From the NCBI GenBank assembly GCA_011109175.1, contig RDEW01000105.1, positions 12,184-75,395 of the forward strand: a stretch of 63,212 nt of DNA, given 5' to 3'. Shown piece after piece: positions 38,780 through 50,015 of the stretch. Position 1 is the first letter of the stretch, and each line of letters opens with the position of its first letter. This stretch comes from Dicyema japonicum (taxonomy: Eukaryota > Animalia > Dicyemida). The notes beneath the pieces were generated by a model. The model searched no databases, was not told where the DNA came from, and saw nothing but the letters and a program-made list of their open reading frames with translations. Position numbers and translations under genes: made by a program.

Positions 38780-40194
38780 TTTTTTATGTTATTTATTTTC
38801 TCATCTGACTTGACTGCCTGTACGAAATCACTCAGTTTTTCTAAAAAAGAAAATATTCCAACTATTGGAATCTGAGAGGTTTTTGCTGACAGTAAAAACT
38901 TGATCCAAAAACTCAGCAATTTGAGCCATATCATCTGTTTTCAAACCCCTAGAAGTGATGACGGGGGTTCCTAAATAACTAAAATAACAAAAAAACCAAT
39001 TCTAACTCCCCCAGGAACAGTAGGGTTAGTATCATATGGGCAGGTATTCTTATTGAGAGAAATTCCAGCATTTTCACAAGCGATTTGAGCTCTGTTTCCA
39101 TTAAGTTTTAATGGTCTCAAATCAATTAACATTAAATGATTATCAGTTCCACCATAATAAACTCATTTAATATACCTGTCATAATTCTATAGTTTTTTGA
39201 AATCAACAGTTGACTCAATTTTTTACAATTTTCAACAACTTGTGTTTGATATTCCATATATTCGGGGGACAAGGCCTCTTTAAAACCAACTGCCAATGCA
39301 GCAATTACGTGCATGTGTGGTCCTCCTTGAAATCCAGGGAAAACAGTGGCATTGACGATTGAAGGAAGGTCTACCTCACCTCTTTTTGAAAAGATTATCC
39401 CACCACTGCATTATTAGAACCTATTAAAACCGAGGTCCTCTTAAAGTTTTATGTGTTGTAGAGGTAACGACGTCGGCGTATGGAAATGGACTTGGAATGA
39501 CCTTACCAGCAACAAGTCCTGAAATATGAGCCATATCCACCATGAAATATGCTCCAACCTCATCACAAATCTATTTATTATAAATTATCAAACCTCCCTA
39601 AATCTTTCAAAATCAATAAGTCGAGAATAACAGGAAGCACCAGCAACAATAACACGTGGACGAAACATTCTAGCATTCTTTGCAAGTTCGTCATAATCAA
39701 TAAGCATAGTTTGTGGCTTAAGTGGTCAAATATTACAACATTTAATCTGTAAGGCATAAATTCATAAAATAATGATGATGCAGAAACTCTCTTCTTTGTG
39801 GTCATGAATCCGTGAGTGAGACTTAATTTATTAAAATATATTTACTGTCCACCATGTGTAAGCTCTAATCCCATAACTCTATCATGAGGCTTCATCATGC
39901 TGGCATAGGCCTCCAAGTTAGCTGGACTTCCTGACAATGCCTGAACATTCACCCCCCATATTTCAGAATCGAGTTCAAATAATTCTAAAGCACGTGCATG
40001 ACATATTCTTTCTATTTTATCAGAAAATTGAGTTCCACCATAATATCTGAATTGTTAAATTATATACCTGTTACCAGGATATCCCTCTGCGTATTTATTA
40101 GTGAGACAAGAAGCATTTGCCTCTGAAACAGCTTGACTACATAAATTCTTACAAATTAGTTAAAATTACACCTCGGAAGCTGTAAGCCCAATAG
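38780..40194 (-). CDS. SHMT: Serine hydroxymethyltransferase; 9 micro-introns; both ends cut by scaffold joins
   Basis: About 400 spliced codons are open: ASE|[15 protein letters not shown]|YYGG, GGH|[28 protein letters not shown] (PLP lysine), [26 protein letters not shown]|TP. Introns 40148-40171, 40047-40067, 39822-39845, 39717-39739, 39571-39593, 39406-39430, 39153-39175 (GT-TG), 38971-38996, 38841-38862. Confidence 0.95.
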
Positions 40195-41039
40195 NAAATT
40201 AAATTTTTTTTTTGTTCATTGTTTATCAAAATTTTTTATTTGTTTTTTTTAAATTGGCCATAAAATTCTAAAAAACTAAAAATGTCAGTTTTTGAAGTTA
40301 AAGACAAAACTTTACTCGTTTACTTTATTTGATATATGAATTTGAAAAATATTTTCAAGGTAGACACTTATTTAGCGGTATGTATAAGTTTATTTTTTAT
40401 AAAAAAATTCTATTGATTTATAAATTTTATTAATTAACATTTTTGATCTGGATGCTGCATGTTAATTAGACATACCAGATATCATATTCCTAAAGTTGAT
40501 ATTCTTATCTTATTATTCCTTACCACATTCTCTTAGTTCTTCATTGGACAGCCTCTATGTTTCACGGACATTAACTTCTTAAGGACTGCCGTTGAAGAAC
40601 CATCAACATTTTTTAATAAAACTGTCTGGATTCAAAACCAGACTAATTCTTCGCTCAGTTCACGACTAGAACTCGTCATCGGGGTTTTCTATCTTGGACA
40701 TATGCCTCAAGAAGTCTCACATGCCAGATCCTACGTTATATTAACGGATAGAACTCTGAACCAGCATTTCTCGGTATTTCTGGACGCGACAATTTCTTAT
40801 CAAGAGGTTGAAAAATTACTGTTGATTTTTGTATTATTATCAATAGGTCGGAAAATCAATAAACTATCATAAAATGAACTTTATATTAAAAATTGTCTCA
40901 TATATAGAGGGTTATAGCTATTAAATTGTTAGTAAACCATAGCTGGGGTTTTACTGGGAAGGGTTGTATACTACATTGTTGACTTTTAATTAATCCTGTA
41001 AAGCATCAGTGGTTCTCAAAGTGATCCTGGAGGCACTCT

Positions 41040-41535
41040 AGGGTGTTTCAAAACGTTATGATGTTTAAAAAAATTAATGCATCTGTGAAGCCGATCCTAA
41101 TGTACAACGCTGCTACCTGGGGAGTCTCACAAGCGGTATTGGACAAACTAGATGCCTTCCATAGTAAACAATTTCGACTTTTGCTTGGTATCAACTGGAC
41201 AAAAAAATTTACATGCAAGAATCTATACAAAATATGTAATGCAAGACCATTCAGTCTAGAATGAGCTAGAGATGCGTGCTAAAATAGCAATGGAATACTA
41301 TTTCTGCCCAGAAATGAAGGCCTGTTCCGTGGAAGACCTTGCATAACATTGCCAAAGGTTCTACTCAAGGACCTAACAAATGTAAGACGAACGCTGAAAA
41401 CAGGAGATGATTTGGAATCGCACAGAATAATTGCAAGTAACCATGGAACATGGAGGAAGTTAGTAAAGAGAATTGTAAAAGATAGAATTACCTGAAGAAA
41501 AATACGGCACTAGCGGACCTTAATTAAATAAATTA
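41040..41535 (+). mobile_element. RTE LINE 3' fragment
   Basis: VKPILMYNAATWG, LDAFH, FRGRPCITLP. The 3' end sits at the same position relative to the protease cassette as the 6490 element. Confidence 0.8.
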
Positions 41536-42432
41536 CTTTATTTGGTTCTTTGAAAGTGCTATTAATTGTAATAATCTCATATTTTGAATGAATAATTAAT
41601 GCCATGGATCCAATCGATTTGAAAAAAATGGTATATTTATTTAAATAAAATAATTAGAGTCATGAATGAATATTATAAAAATGGAAAAAAATCGATGAAG
41701 TTCCGCTGTACGAATTGAGAAAATTAATATTTGAGAAAGTGAATTAAACATAGATGACTTGTAATCGTTAAATGATTCTAATATTAATTTTTTGGTGAAT
41801 AAACTTTGTTGTCTAAATAAACAATAAACTTTTAGAGAATGTGTTTCACAGACTTTCTGCCTTTAAAAACTATTGAAGCCGCAAACAGAATCATTAATAG
41901 ATCCTCTATATAAAGATGTAACAGAACGTAGATGTTGGGGATAATTCATAGATGTAAATTCTAAGTTATTGCTTGTTAATAGCTACTATATTCACAGAGA
42001 GTACTTGAGGCAGTTAAGGTAGATATATGTGCACAGATATATAAACAACTGTGCACAAAAAACCTTTAGATTGTGTCCTTTGACTCACATCATGCGAATC
42101 CTCTTGTATGTCCATAGAAAAGAAGATAATAGAATGAGTAGTAAAAAATATGGAAGGAATCAAAGACATGAAAAAACTATTTAGTCTGGATAGTTCTCTT
42201 TCATAAATGTATTATTTATTTTGATAAATAATGTTTTTATGTATAATAAATGCCAAAAACTCTTAAATAGAATCCTGATATTAAGCATCTGCAAGAAATT
42301 AAAACTTTAGAATAAATCAAAAATTTTAATGAAACCTAATTTTCCAAAGTCATATTACATGCTTGAAAAGTAATTGATAAAGATTATGCTTATAAGCGAA
42401 ATTGTATACGACTTTTTTGTAATTTTGATAAA

Positions 42433-43216
42433 ATGAATTTTCTGTTTTTTACATTTTTTTGTACTTTTGTCGGTAATTTCTTTTGAAACAATTTTAGATA
42501 ACAGATTCTTAACTAAAAAATTCGATATCGGCATTGTTCTTGACTACAACTTTGTTTGATTTAATTTTTATATATAGCAAAAAGCATTTGACTTTAATCA
42601 TGTCAATATAGAAAATTACATAAAAAAGATGTTTAGGTTGTCTCAAAAAGTATGCAATTACTCATATTTCAGTATTTTGGCACACTCAAAGTAAAAATAA
42701 AATTTAAAAAAATATATTATACAAACGAAATTACACCCAATAATACTTACAGTGCAGTTTTATATGCATGGAAATATAACTATTTAAATGGGGTTGACGC
42801 AGTTTTATTTTTCAAGTAATTATTAAAACTAATTTTTAGAAATGATATTTCTGATAGATCTTTCTCATTCGTAGGAACTGTTTGCACAAATTACGCGGTG
42901 GGAATTGTTAAGAAAAATTACTACGATGAAAGGACTTCATATATTATGTCTCATGAGTTATTCCACATGCTTGGGTTTTACCACGTCGGCTTAACTGAGA
43001 GTAATTGCAATAATAATTGTTTAATGAATTCTATTTTTCATGACAATGCGTATAATTTTAATAATTTTTAGACATGTATCAAAATTAACAATCAACACTG
43101 CGCATAGACTAGAAAACAAATGGCAGTGTTTTGAAAAAAGTAATGACTTTTTTTAATTTTTGTCTCTGTTTATAATAGTGCTTCCGATGATGAAGGGACA
43201 ACTTCTAATGGATTGA
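42433..43216 (+). CDS. Reprolysin-like metalloprotease, copy E; divergent paralog, apparently intact, ~208 aa
   Basis: All splice sites canonical and the frame is open through HELFHMLGFYH and CLMNS. Stop earlier in the last exon (43214-43216). Confidence 0.75.
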
Positions 43217-44004
43217 ATGATGTTAATTTCTGGATTTACTATCTATTTTTAATTACGCTCCTACTAATCAATAGCCTTTCTTCTTAACCAGGTACTATTA
43301 GTTATATATAATTTAGGATCTAAATTAGATACTTCTCTTACTAATTATCTAATAAATTTACTAATAATAACAATATTTAGCTTATTTCCGCATAATATCA
43401 TGTCTATGATAATTTTTCAGGGCAACTGCTAAAAAATGTTATTTATGTCAATTAAAATGTAAGAAATGACATTTAAGGCATCTAAATATGAATAATATGT
43501 CGTGTCTCATACATATTACATGTCACCTCTCATCAAACAGTTTTTCAAAAGTATTGGTTGGATATCAACTAAAAACTATAAGAAAAATATTTAACGAAGC
43601 ATTTTTATTTATTAAACTACAGTTTTTTATAGGTAGACAAATCAACTAAAGACTAAAAAAACATCACGTTTAATTCAACTACAAATTAAATACCGTTAAA
43701 AAAATGTGAATAGTTTTTGAAATTATCATAATGAGTACAAAAGTTTAATACTTTTTTTAATTGAAAAAAAAAGCGTTTAGATGATGTTATTCCCATTATC
43801 ATCAATGGATATAATGGATCATAATTCAGATGTTTCAGGTAATTATTGTATAAAGTATGTAGAAAACTTAGATACAAAACATTTTGATCGGAATTTAATA
43901 TAAATCTAACTGCAATATCGATTTTGTGTGTATGATTTGTTTTTTTATTATTGTTTACTATTTTCTAAATTTTCAAAAGAATTTTGATTTTTAATATATG
44001 TTCA

Positions 44005-44100
44005 GCACCGGGAAAGAATGAGGATTTTGGCGGAGCGCATCGGAATCACGTGATAGTTAGTTTTGGTTTTACGGTGGTCTTGGGTGTTAAATAAATAAAA
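44005..44100 (+). mobile_element. 3' end of Jockey/CR1-like LINE
   Basis: Near-identical to 34470-34565, followed by (TAAA)n. Confidence 0.85.
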
Positions 44101-44740
44101 TAAAATAAATAAATAAATAAACAAAATGGGGGAGAGCGGCTGCTGAAAATGGTGGGCCAATTTTTCCCCGATTTCCTTTGTGAAAGAGGCTGTATTACTT
44201 CCGGCCGCACAGGCGTCTTGATAGNAAAATAAAATAAATAAATAAATAAACAAAATAGGGGAGAGTGGCTGCTGAAAATGGTGGGCGTTTTTTTCCCCGA
44301 TTTCCTTTGTGAAAGAGGTTGTATTACTTCCGGCCGCACAGGCGTCTTGATAGCTACTAGTACAAAACGGTAGCGGTCTCCAATTTCGCCATATTTTTCA
44401 ATCTTGATTTTCTTGACCAGATCGGCTGCCGATTCAGCAGACTGCGCCGAGATGAGTATCATTGAGTGCGAGAAAGAATCCACAACAGTTCAGTCTCATA
44501 CGAGCGATTTTCCCTCAGTGAACGGAAAGATATTTAACCCATCCGGTCTTTTCTCATCTCCGTGGTGCGATCCTACGGGATCCAGTGCTGCCGGGAAGCC
44601 TGCACCTCCAAGAGCATGACAATGTTGTTCATAGCAGCATGGCGGGGTTCTTTGCCCGCACTCCTTTTGCACGAGAGCGGGTGCAGCCCTTTGGCATCGA
44701 CGATCCGTTTATAACGACTCCCATACGTTGTCGATTCTAA
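44100..44740 (-). mobile_element. CRE-clade 3' fragment (same family as 13700-15735)
   Basis: High nucleotide similarity to 13850-14270 (HPLSCKRSAG, RPDG, GDRYRFV). Overlap duplication around the n at 44225. Confidence 0.88.
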
Positions 44741-45279
44741 TCTTAATACACTCATCATCTTATTCTGAATTAATTAAATTGAATCAATTAAATTAAATTG
44801 ACAGATGGCAATCTTTATACTAATATTAAAATTATTTATATGTTGTTTCTAAGAGGAATTTATCTCATTTATGAATATGACAATTTATTTATCAAAATAA
44901 GAAAAAATAATTATTTTATGAGGCCATTCTAACTGATTCTTCTTCTCCAGTGGCTAATCTCAATCACCTGTATAGGTGAGTTCACGTCGATCATACCCCA
45001 CATTCAGAGACTACCGTAGTAGTATTTTATATTCGTTTAATGTTGGCTTAAGTCTATTAAATATTAGTAAATTTTGAGAAAATATGTCATAATTCATTAA
45101 AATATAATAATTATTGTTACCGGTTGAGAACGACTCCAGGTTGAATAAGATCCGTAAAATCGATTTTGTCGTTGAAATCGTTTAACCGTATTACCGAAAG
45201 TAACGATTACCGGTTGAAACGGTTAAATACGAACCATTAAATATCGGAACTTAATAAACCATATATTACTCGCGTCTTC

Positions 45280-45660
45280 AGTCTCGCGTCTTCTTTCAAA
45301 CGGTGTCCCCCAAGGATCTCCTTTATCCCCCGCTTTATTCAATATATACCTAGCAGACCTCTCTACACCGGAATCCAATAACGATGTTCTACTCACATAT
45401 GCGGATGAGATTGTTTTGGCCTCGCGTGATCGGGATATCCAAAATGCTACAGAAAGATTACAAATAAACCTGGACCGACTCAACGCATGGGTAATGAAGA
45501 ACCGACTCACGATAAATTCCAGAAAGTCGGTCACGTCTATGTTCACTTCGGACAAAAGGTTGGGGAAGATGACTGTCAAGTTAAAATTGGACTACATTGA
45601 AATCCCCTTCATTAAATGTCAGAAGATCCTGGGTGTGACACTGGATACACACCTATGTTT
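45280..45660 (+). mobile_element. Jockey/CR1-like RT fragment
   Basis: Near-identical to 20810-21190. Confidence 0.85.
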
Positions 45661-46214
45661 GCCAGTATCCTCAGCAGGTTCAATACTGGTAGCTGAAACA
45701 ACTTTAAGAGTTCCATGTCCAGTCATGTGTTAAAACACGTTTTCAGGAAATTGATATATTAATAATTTGATCAAGCAGATGTATATCATCTGCATAAGTA
45801 ATTTCGAATTTAAGTNATGGACTTTATTTAAATTCTAAATTAATGCCTAGTTTTGAATGACGTGCAAGATAAATTGAATAAATATGAAAAAAGGTAATTC
45901 TTGTTAGGTGAAAGGGGTCAATAATTCAAAGAGAAAACATCTAGTGTCTCGCTATAGCAGACCCCATTAACTAGGACAAACTCATTGGCTTCTCGGTGTT
46001 TAATGAGTTTTAATTTAGTAACTATTTATTAAAATAATAAAATTTATCTATCTAGAATAACTGCAATAGAGTGAGAACTCTTAGCTAATGCTGAGAATAA
46101 CATGAAATTTCTCTAATTTCTTGTATAAGTAAGAACATAGCAAGTATTATAAGAATGAAAAGCAATTAGGAAATAAATTTTCTTTTAATAATCTATAATC
46201 CGTTTTTTGTTCAG

Positions 46215-46539
46215 TAATAATAGTAGCCTTTTCACGAGAGCATAATATCTATAGCTTCGCATAGTCAGGACACACACTTTATTTAAGTAAAGAACAGTTA
46301 ATTTTAAATAATCGTAGAACCAGGGAATGATCTTCACTTCATTCTTTTTCTTTTTCTTGTGTGAGTGTCCTTTCTAGACAATCCAGTTCCGCAGTGAGTA
46401 ATCACTGATGACGGCGTCACTCGTCAAACCCTTTCTGCATCGTAGATGCGTGGATCCTTCCACCAGGTGAACAGCAGCGAGATTCGAATCCGTAGCCTAA
46501 GCCACTTAAGCCCGACACCTAACCACTAATCCACCCGGC
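46215..46539 (-). mobile_element. tRNA-derived SINE (family 1)
   Basis: Box A (TGGATTAGTGG) and box B (GATTCGAATC). ~320 bp paralog of 53128-53445. RTE-like tail atgctctcgtgaaa. Confidence 0.8.
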
Positions 46540-46739
46540 TGTAAGGCAAATTAAATTTTTTTTTTGTTCATTGTTTATCAAAATTTTTTATTTGTTTTTA
46601 ATCCGTAGCCTAAGCCACTTAAGCCCGACACCTAACCACTAATCCACCCGGCTGTAAGGAAAATTAAAATTTTTTTTTGTTCATTGTTTATCAAAATTTT
46701 TTATTTGTTTTTTAATTTAATTTTTTTAAATTTTTTTTA

Positions 46740-47110
46740 AATATTTCGGTCTATAATTCTTACAAGAAATTGAATGTAAGGGATACGGTCTTTTTTACAA
46801 AAATGGCTTGGGAAGACGTATTCCAAAAGACGATCAGGAATTGTTTCTAAGTTTTTAATAACTCCAATAACGAAATTCTTCAAATTGATATTAATGATAC
46901 AATAATCAAAAGAACAGACATTTTCGATCCTCTCAAAGTTGAGGATTTTTTAAATATTGAATACACGAAAAATGAAACATATATTGAAAATTTAAATTCT
47001 TTANTATTGAATACACGGCAAATAAAACATAAATTGAAAATTAAAATTCTTTAGAAGATTCAGAAAATAGTGAACAAGAATATAAAAAAACAAACACGAA
47101 ATTCTAAAAA
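46740..47110 (+). mobile_element. pogo-like element 3' fragment
   Basis: Similar to 2415-2720. Confidence 0.75.
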
Positions 47111-47899
47111 ACCAAATATGGCCAATTTGCTAGGGTCGAGTGTATTTAATGATCAACAGCCTTTCTGGCTTAACTGTTCGGCAGCATCTTCACCAGGTTC
47201 GATACTGGTAGTTAAAACAATTCTTAGAGTTCCATGTCCAGTCAAACACACCCCCATATAAAATTCCGATCAAAATGATTTGCATCTAATTTTTTAAGCG
47301 TTCTTTATACAAAAATTACCTAAAACATCTGAATTATATTCCCAATATATTCACTTATGATAATTAGAAAACATCATCTAAACTATCATTTTTTTAATTA
47401 AAAAAATAATAAACTTTTATACTCATTATGATCATTACAGGAACTTTTTTTAGATTTATAAACAATGTTTCATTTGAAGTTGAATAAATCGTAATGTTTG
47501 TCTAGTTTTTAGTTAATCTGTTTACCTAAAAAAAACTGTAGTTTAATAAATAAAAATGCTTCGTTTAATAAAATTCTTTTAATTTTTAGTTGATTTCCTA
47601 CCAATACTTTTGAAAAACTGTTTGATGAGAGGTGACATGTAACATGTAAGGGACACAACATATTATTCATATTTAGATTCCTTATATGTCATTACTTAGA
47701 TTTTAGTAGACACAAATAACATTTTTTAGCAGTTACTATGAGAAATTATCATATACAAAATATTATGCGGAAATAGCTGAATATTTTTATTATTAGTAAA
47801 ATTATTAGATAATTAGTAAGAGAAGTATCTAATTAAGATCCTAAATTATATATAACTAATAGTACCAGGTTAAACAGAAAGGCCATTGATTAATAAAAG

Positions 47900-48756
47900 C
47901 GTAATTAAAAATAGATTAGTAGGAGCGTAAATCCAGATTGATTAGTAGGAGCGTAAATCCAGAAATTAACATCATTCAATCCATTAGAAGTTGTTCCTTC
48001 ATCATCGGAAGCACTATTATAAAAAGAGACAAAAATTAAAAAAGTCATTACTTTTTTCAAAGTACGACGATTTGTTTTCTAGTATATGCCCACTGTCGAT
48101 TGTTAATTTTGACACATGTCTAAAATTTATTAAAATTATACGCATTATCATGAAAAATAGAATTCATTAAACAATATTTATTGCAATCACTCTGAGTAAA
48201 GCCGACGTGGTAAACCAAGCATGTGGAATAACTCATGAGACATAATGTCTGAAGTCCTTTCATCGTTGTAATTTTTCTTAACAATTCCCACCGCGTAATT
48301 TGTGCAAACAGTTCTTACGAATGAGAAAGATCTATCAGAAATATCATTTCTAAAAATTACTTTTAATAATTACAAGAAAAATAAAACTGCGTCAACCCCA
48401 TTTAAATAGTTATAATGCCATGCAAATAAAACTGCCCTGTAAGTATTATCGGGTGTAATTTCGTTTGTATAATATATTTTTTTAAATTTTATTTCTACTT
48501 TGAGTGTGCCAAATTACTGAAATAAGAGTAATTGCATACTTTTTGAGAAAACCTTAACAACTTTTCTATGTAATTTTATATATCGACATGATTAAAGTCA
48601 AATGCTCTTTGCTATAAATAAAAATTTAATTAAACAAAGTTGTAGTCAATAACAATGGCGATATCGAATTTTCTTGTTAAGAATTTGTTATCTAAAATTG
48701 TTTCTTAAGAAATTAACGACAAAAGCACTAAAAAATGTACAAAACAGAAAATTCAT
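47900..48756 (-). pseudogene. Reprolysin-like metalloprotease, copy F (disrupted)
   Basis: The intron 1 donor is mutated GT>TT. A 1-nt deletion inside the zinc motif (HELFHMLG then frameshift) removes the third His. Left coordinate approximate. Confidence 0.75.
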
Positions 48757-48956
48757 TTTATCAAAATTACAAAAAAGTCGTATACAATTTCGCTTATAAG
48801 CATAATCTTTATCAATTATTTTTCAAGCATGTAATATGACTTTGGAAAATTAGGTTTCATTAAAATTTTTGATTTATTCTAAAGTTTTGATTGCTTGCAG
48901 ATGCTTAATATCAGGATTCTATTTAAGAGTTTTTGACATTTATTATAAAAAAAAAN

Positions 48957-50015
48957 ATCCAACATTTACTAGAAAATGCACCTGCGGAGCTTGAGAAATG
49001 GTTTTTCAGCGTAAATGTAAACAAAACTGAAATTACTGAAATCAAATGAGAAAACGATATTACTCATTTATTTTTATTATTTATTTATTAACCCCGGATA
49101 CACAGAGAAAGAAGTTAAAGTAAACAACTAATTAAGTGTATCCAGTTTCCACTTCTACAGAAACGAATTCCATCCGGAATCAGAATAAAAAGGTAAGACG
49201 TCCAATACATGTAGTTGTGGAAACCCCTCCAGTGGAGTGGGGGAGAGCAAATGATCCTTTTTTTGTGCCGGCCTGGCACTGGGCGCCACCTAGACGGGTG
49301 GATCACATGACGCCACTCTATTAGGAAGAGAGAGGAGAAAAAGACAGGCAAGCATAAAACTTTAACAAATTAACCACACAGCACCACATGGCGCCACGCG
49401 GCTAATCAAACTCAAGAGATGATCATCATGAGAAGCTGAAGATGTACTAATGAAGAGAACACTGGCAAATGCGGCAATGGCTAAACTGAGGAAAGGATGG
49501 CTAAGAGCCGAAAGATTAGGAATTGACATCAGATGCAGGCTTTACAACGCCTTTGTGAAACTGTACAACGTTGGGACCTGGGGAAGTTTCTTCAACGAAC
49601 TCGTTCCATAGAAGGCAACTGAAAAGCTTACTCGGAATGGAGTGGCCACGAGAATATCAACCATTGGTATTTACAACAAGTGTATGTGTTCGTACATCAG
49701 CAAGGATGTGATAGATGCCCTGTGGAGGCTATTTGGACATGAATTAGGAATGAACCTGGACGCACCCGATAACAAAGTGATGGAAGATTACTTTGACAGT
49801 TGCGATAAACCCTTCCGCAGACGAACTAGATCGATACTTCTGACTGCCTCAAACAAAAATCTAAATCGTGTGAGAAAAGTCTAAAGACGGGGAACGACCT
49901 GGACGAATTAAGATCACTAGCATTCGACAGAAGAAGATGGAAGAGATTAACGCTACATATTGTTTCTATGATTGTTGCACATTATGATTTTCGTGAAAGT
50001 GCCTTAATAATAAGA
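48957..50015 (+). mobile_element. RTE LINE 3' portion interrupted by SINE family 2
   Basis: LEKWFFSVNVNKTE, TLANAAM, LWRLFGHEL. Tail gtgaaagtgccttaataataag. Confidence 0.8.
49075..49420 (-). mobile_element. SINE-like element family 2
   Basis: ~340-bp non-coding repeat, paralog of 51420-51750. The tail resembles the Jockey-like LINE 3' end. No clear box B. Confidence 0.65.

Noticed and set aside
39132-39805. SHMT and protease fragments in the ORF track read as pseudogenes or programmed frameshifts
   Set aside because: Micro-introns explain all frame changes. No recoding is needed.
41007-41050. hAT-like TIR start CAGTGGTTCTCAAAGTG (similar at ~17325)
   Set aside because: No partner TIR or 8-bp TSD found, so it is not listed as a feature.
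9823-44350. Direct duplications of ~40-190 bp centred on single n characters (9941, 11486, 12091, 13555, 16318, 17817, 44225)
   Set aside because: The pattern is that of unmerged overlapping contig ends. Treated as scaffolding artefacts, not biological repeats or TSDs.
46400-46432. Hammerhead-like CTGATGA...stem...CAAAC in the tRNA-SINE antisense strand
   Set aside because: The required GAAA is CAAA, and stems I and III with a cleavage triplet could not be built.
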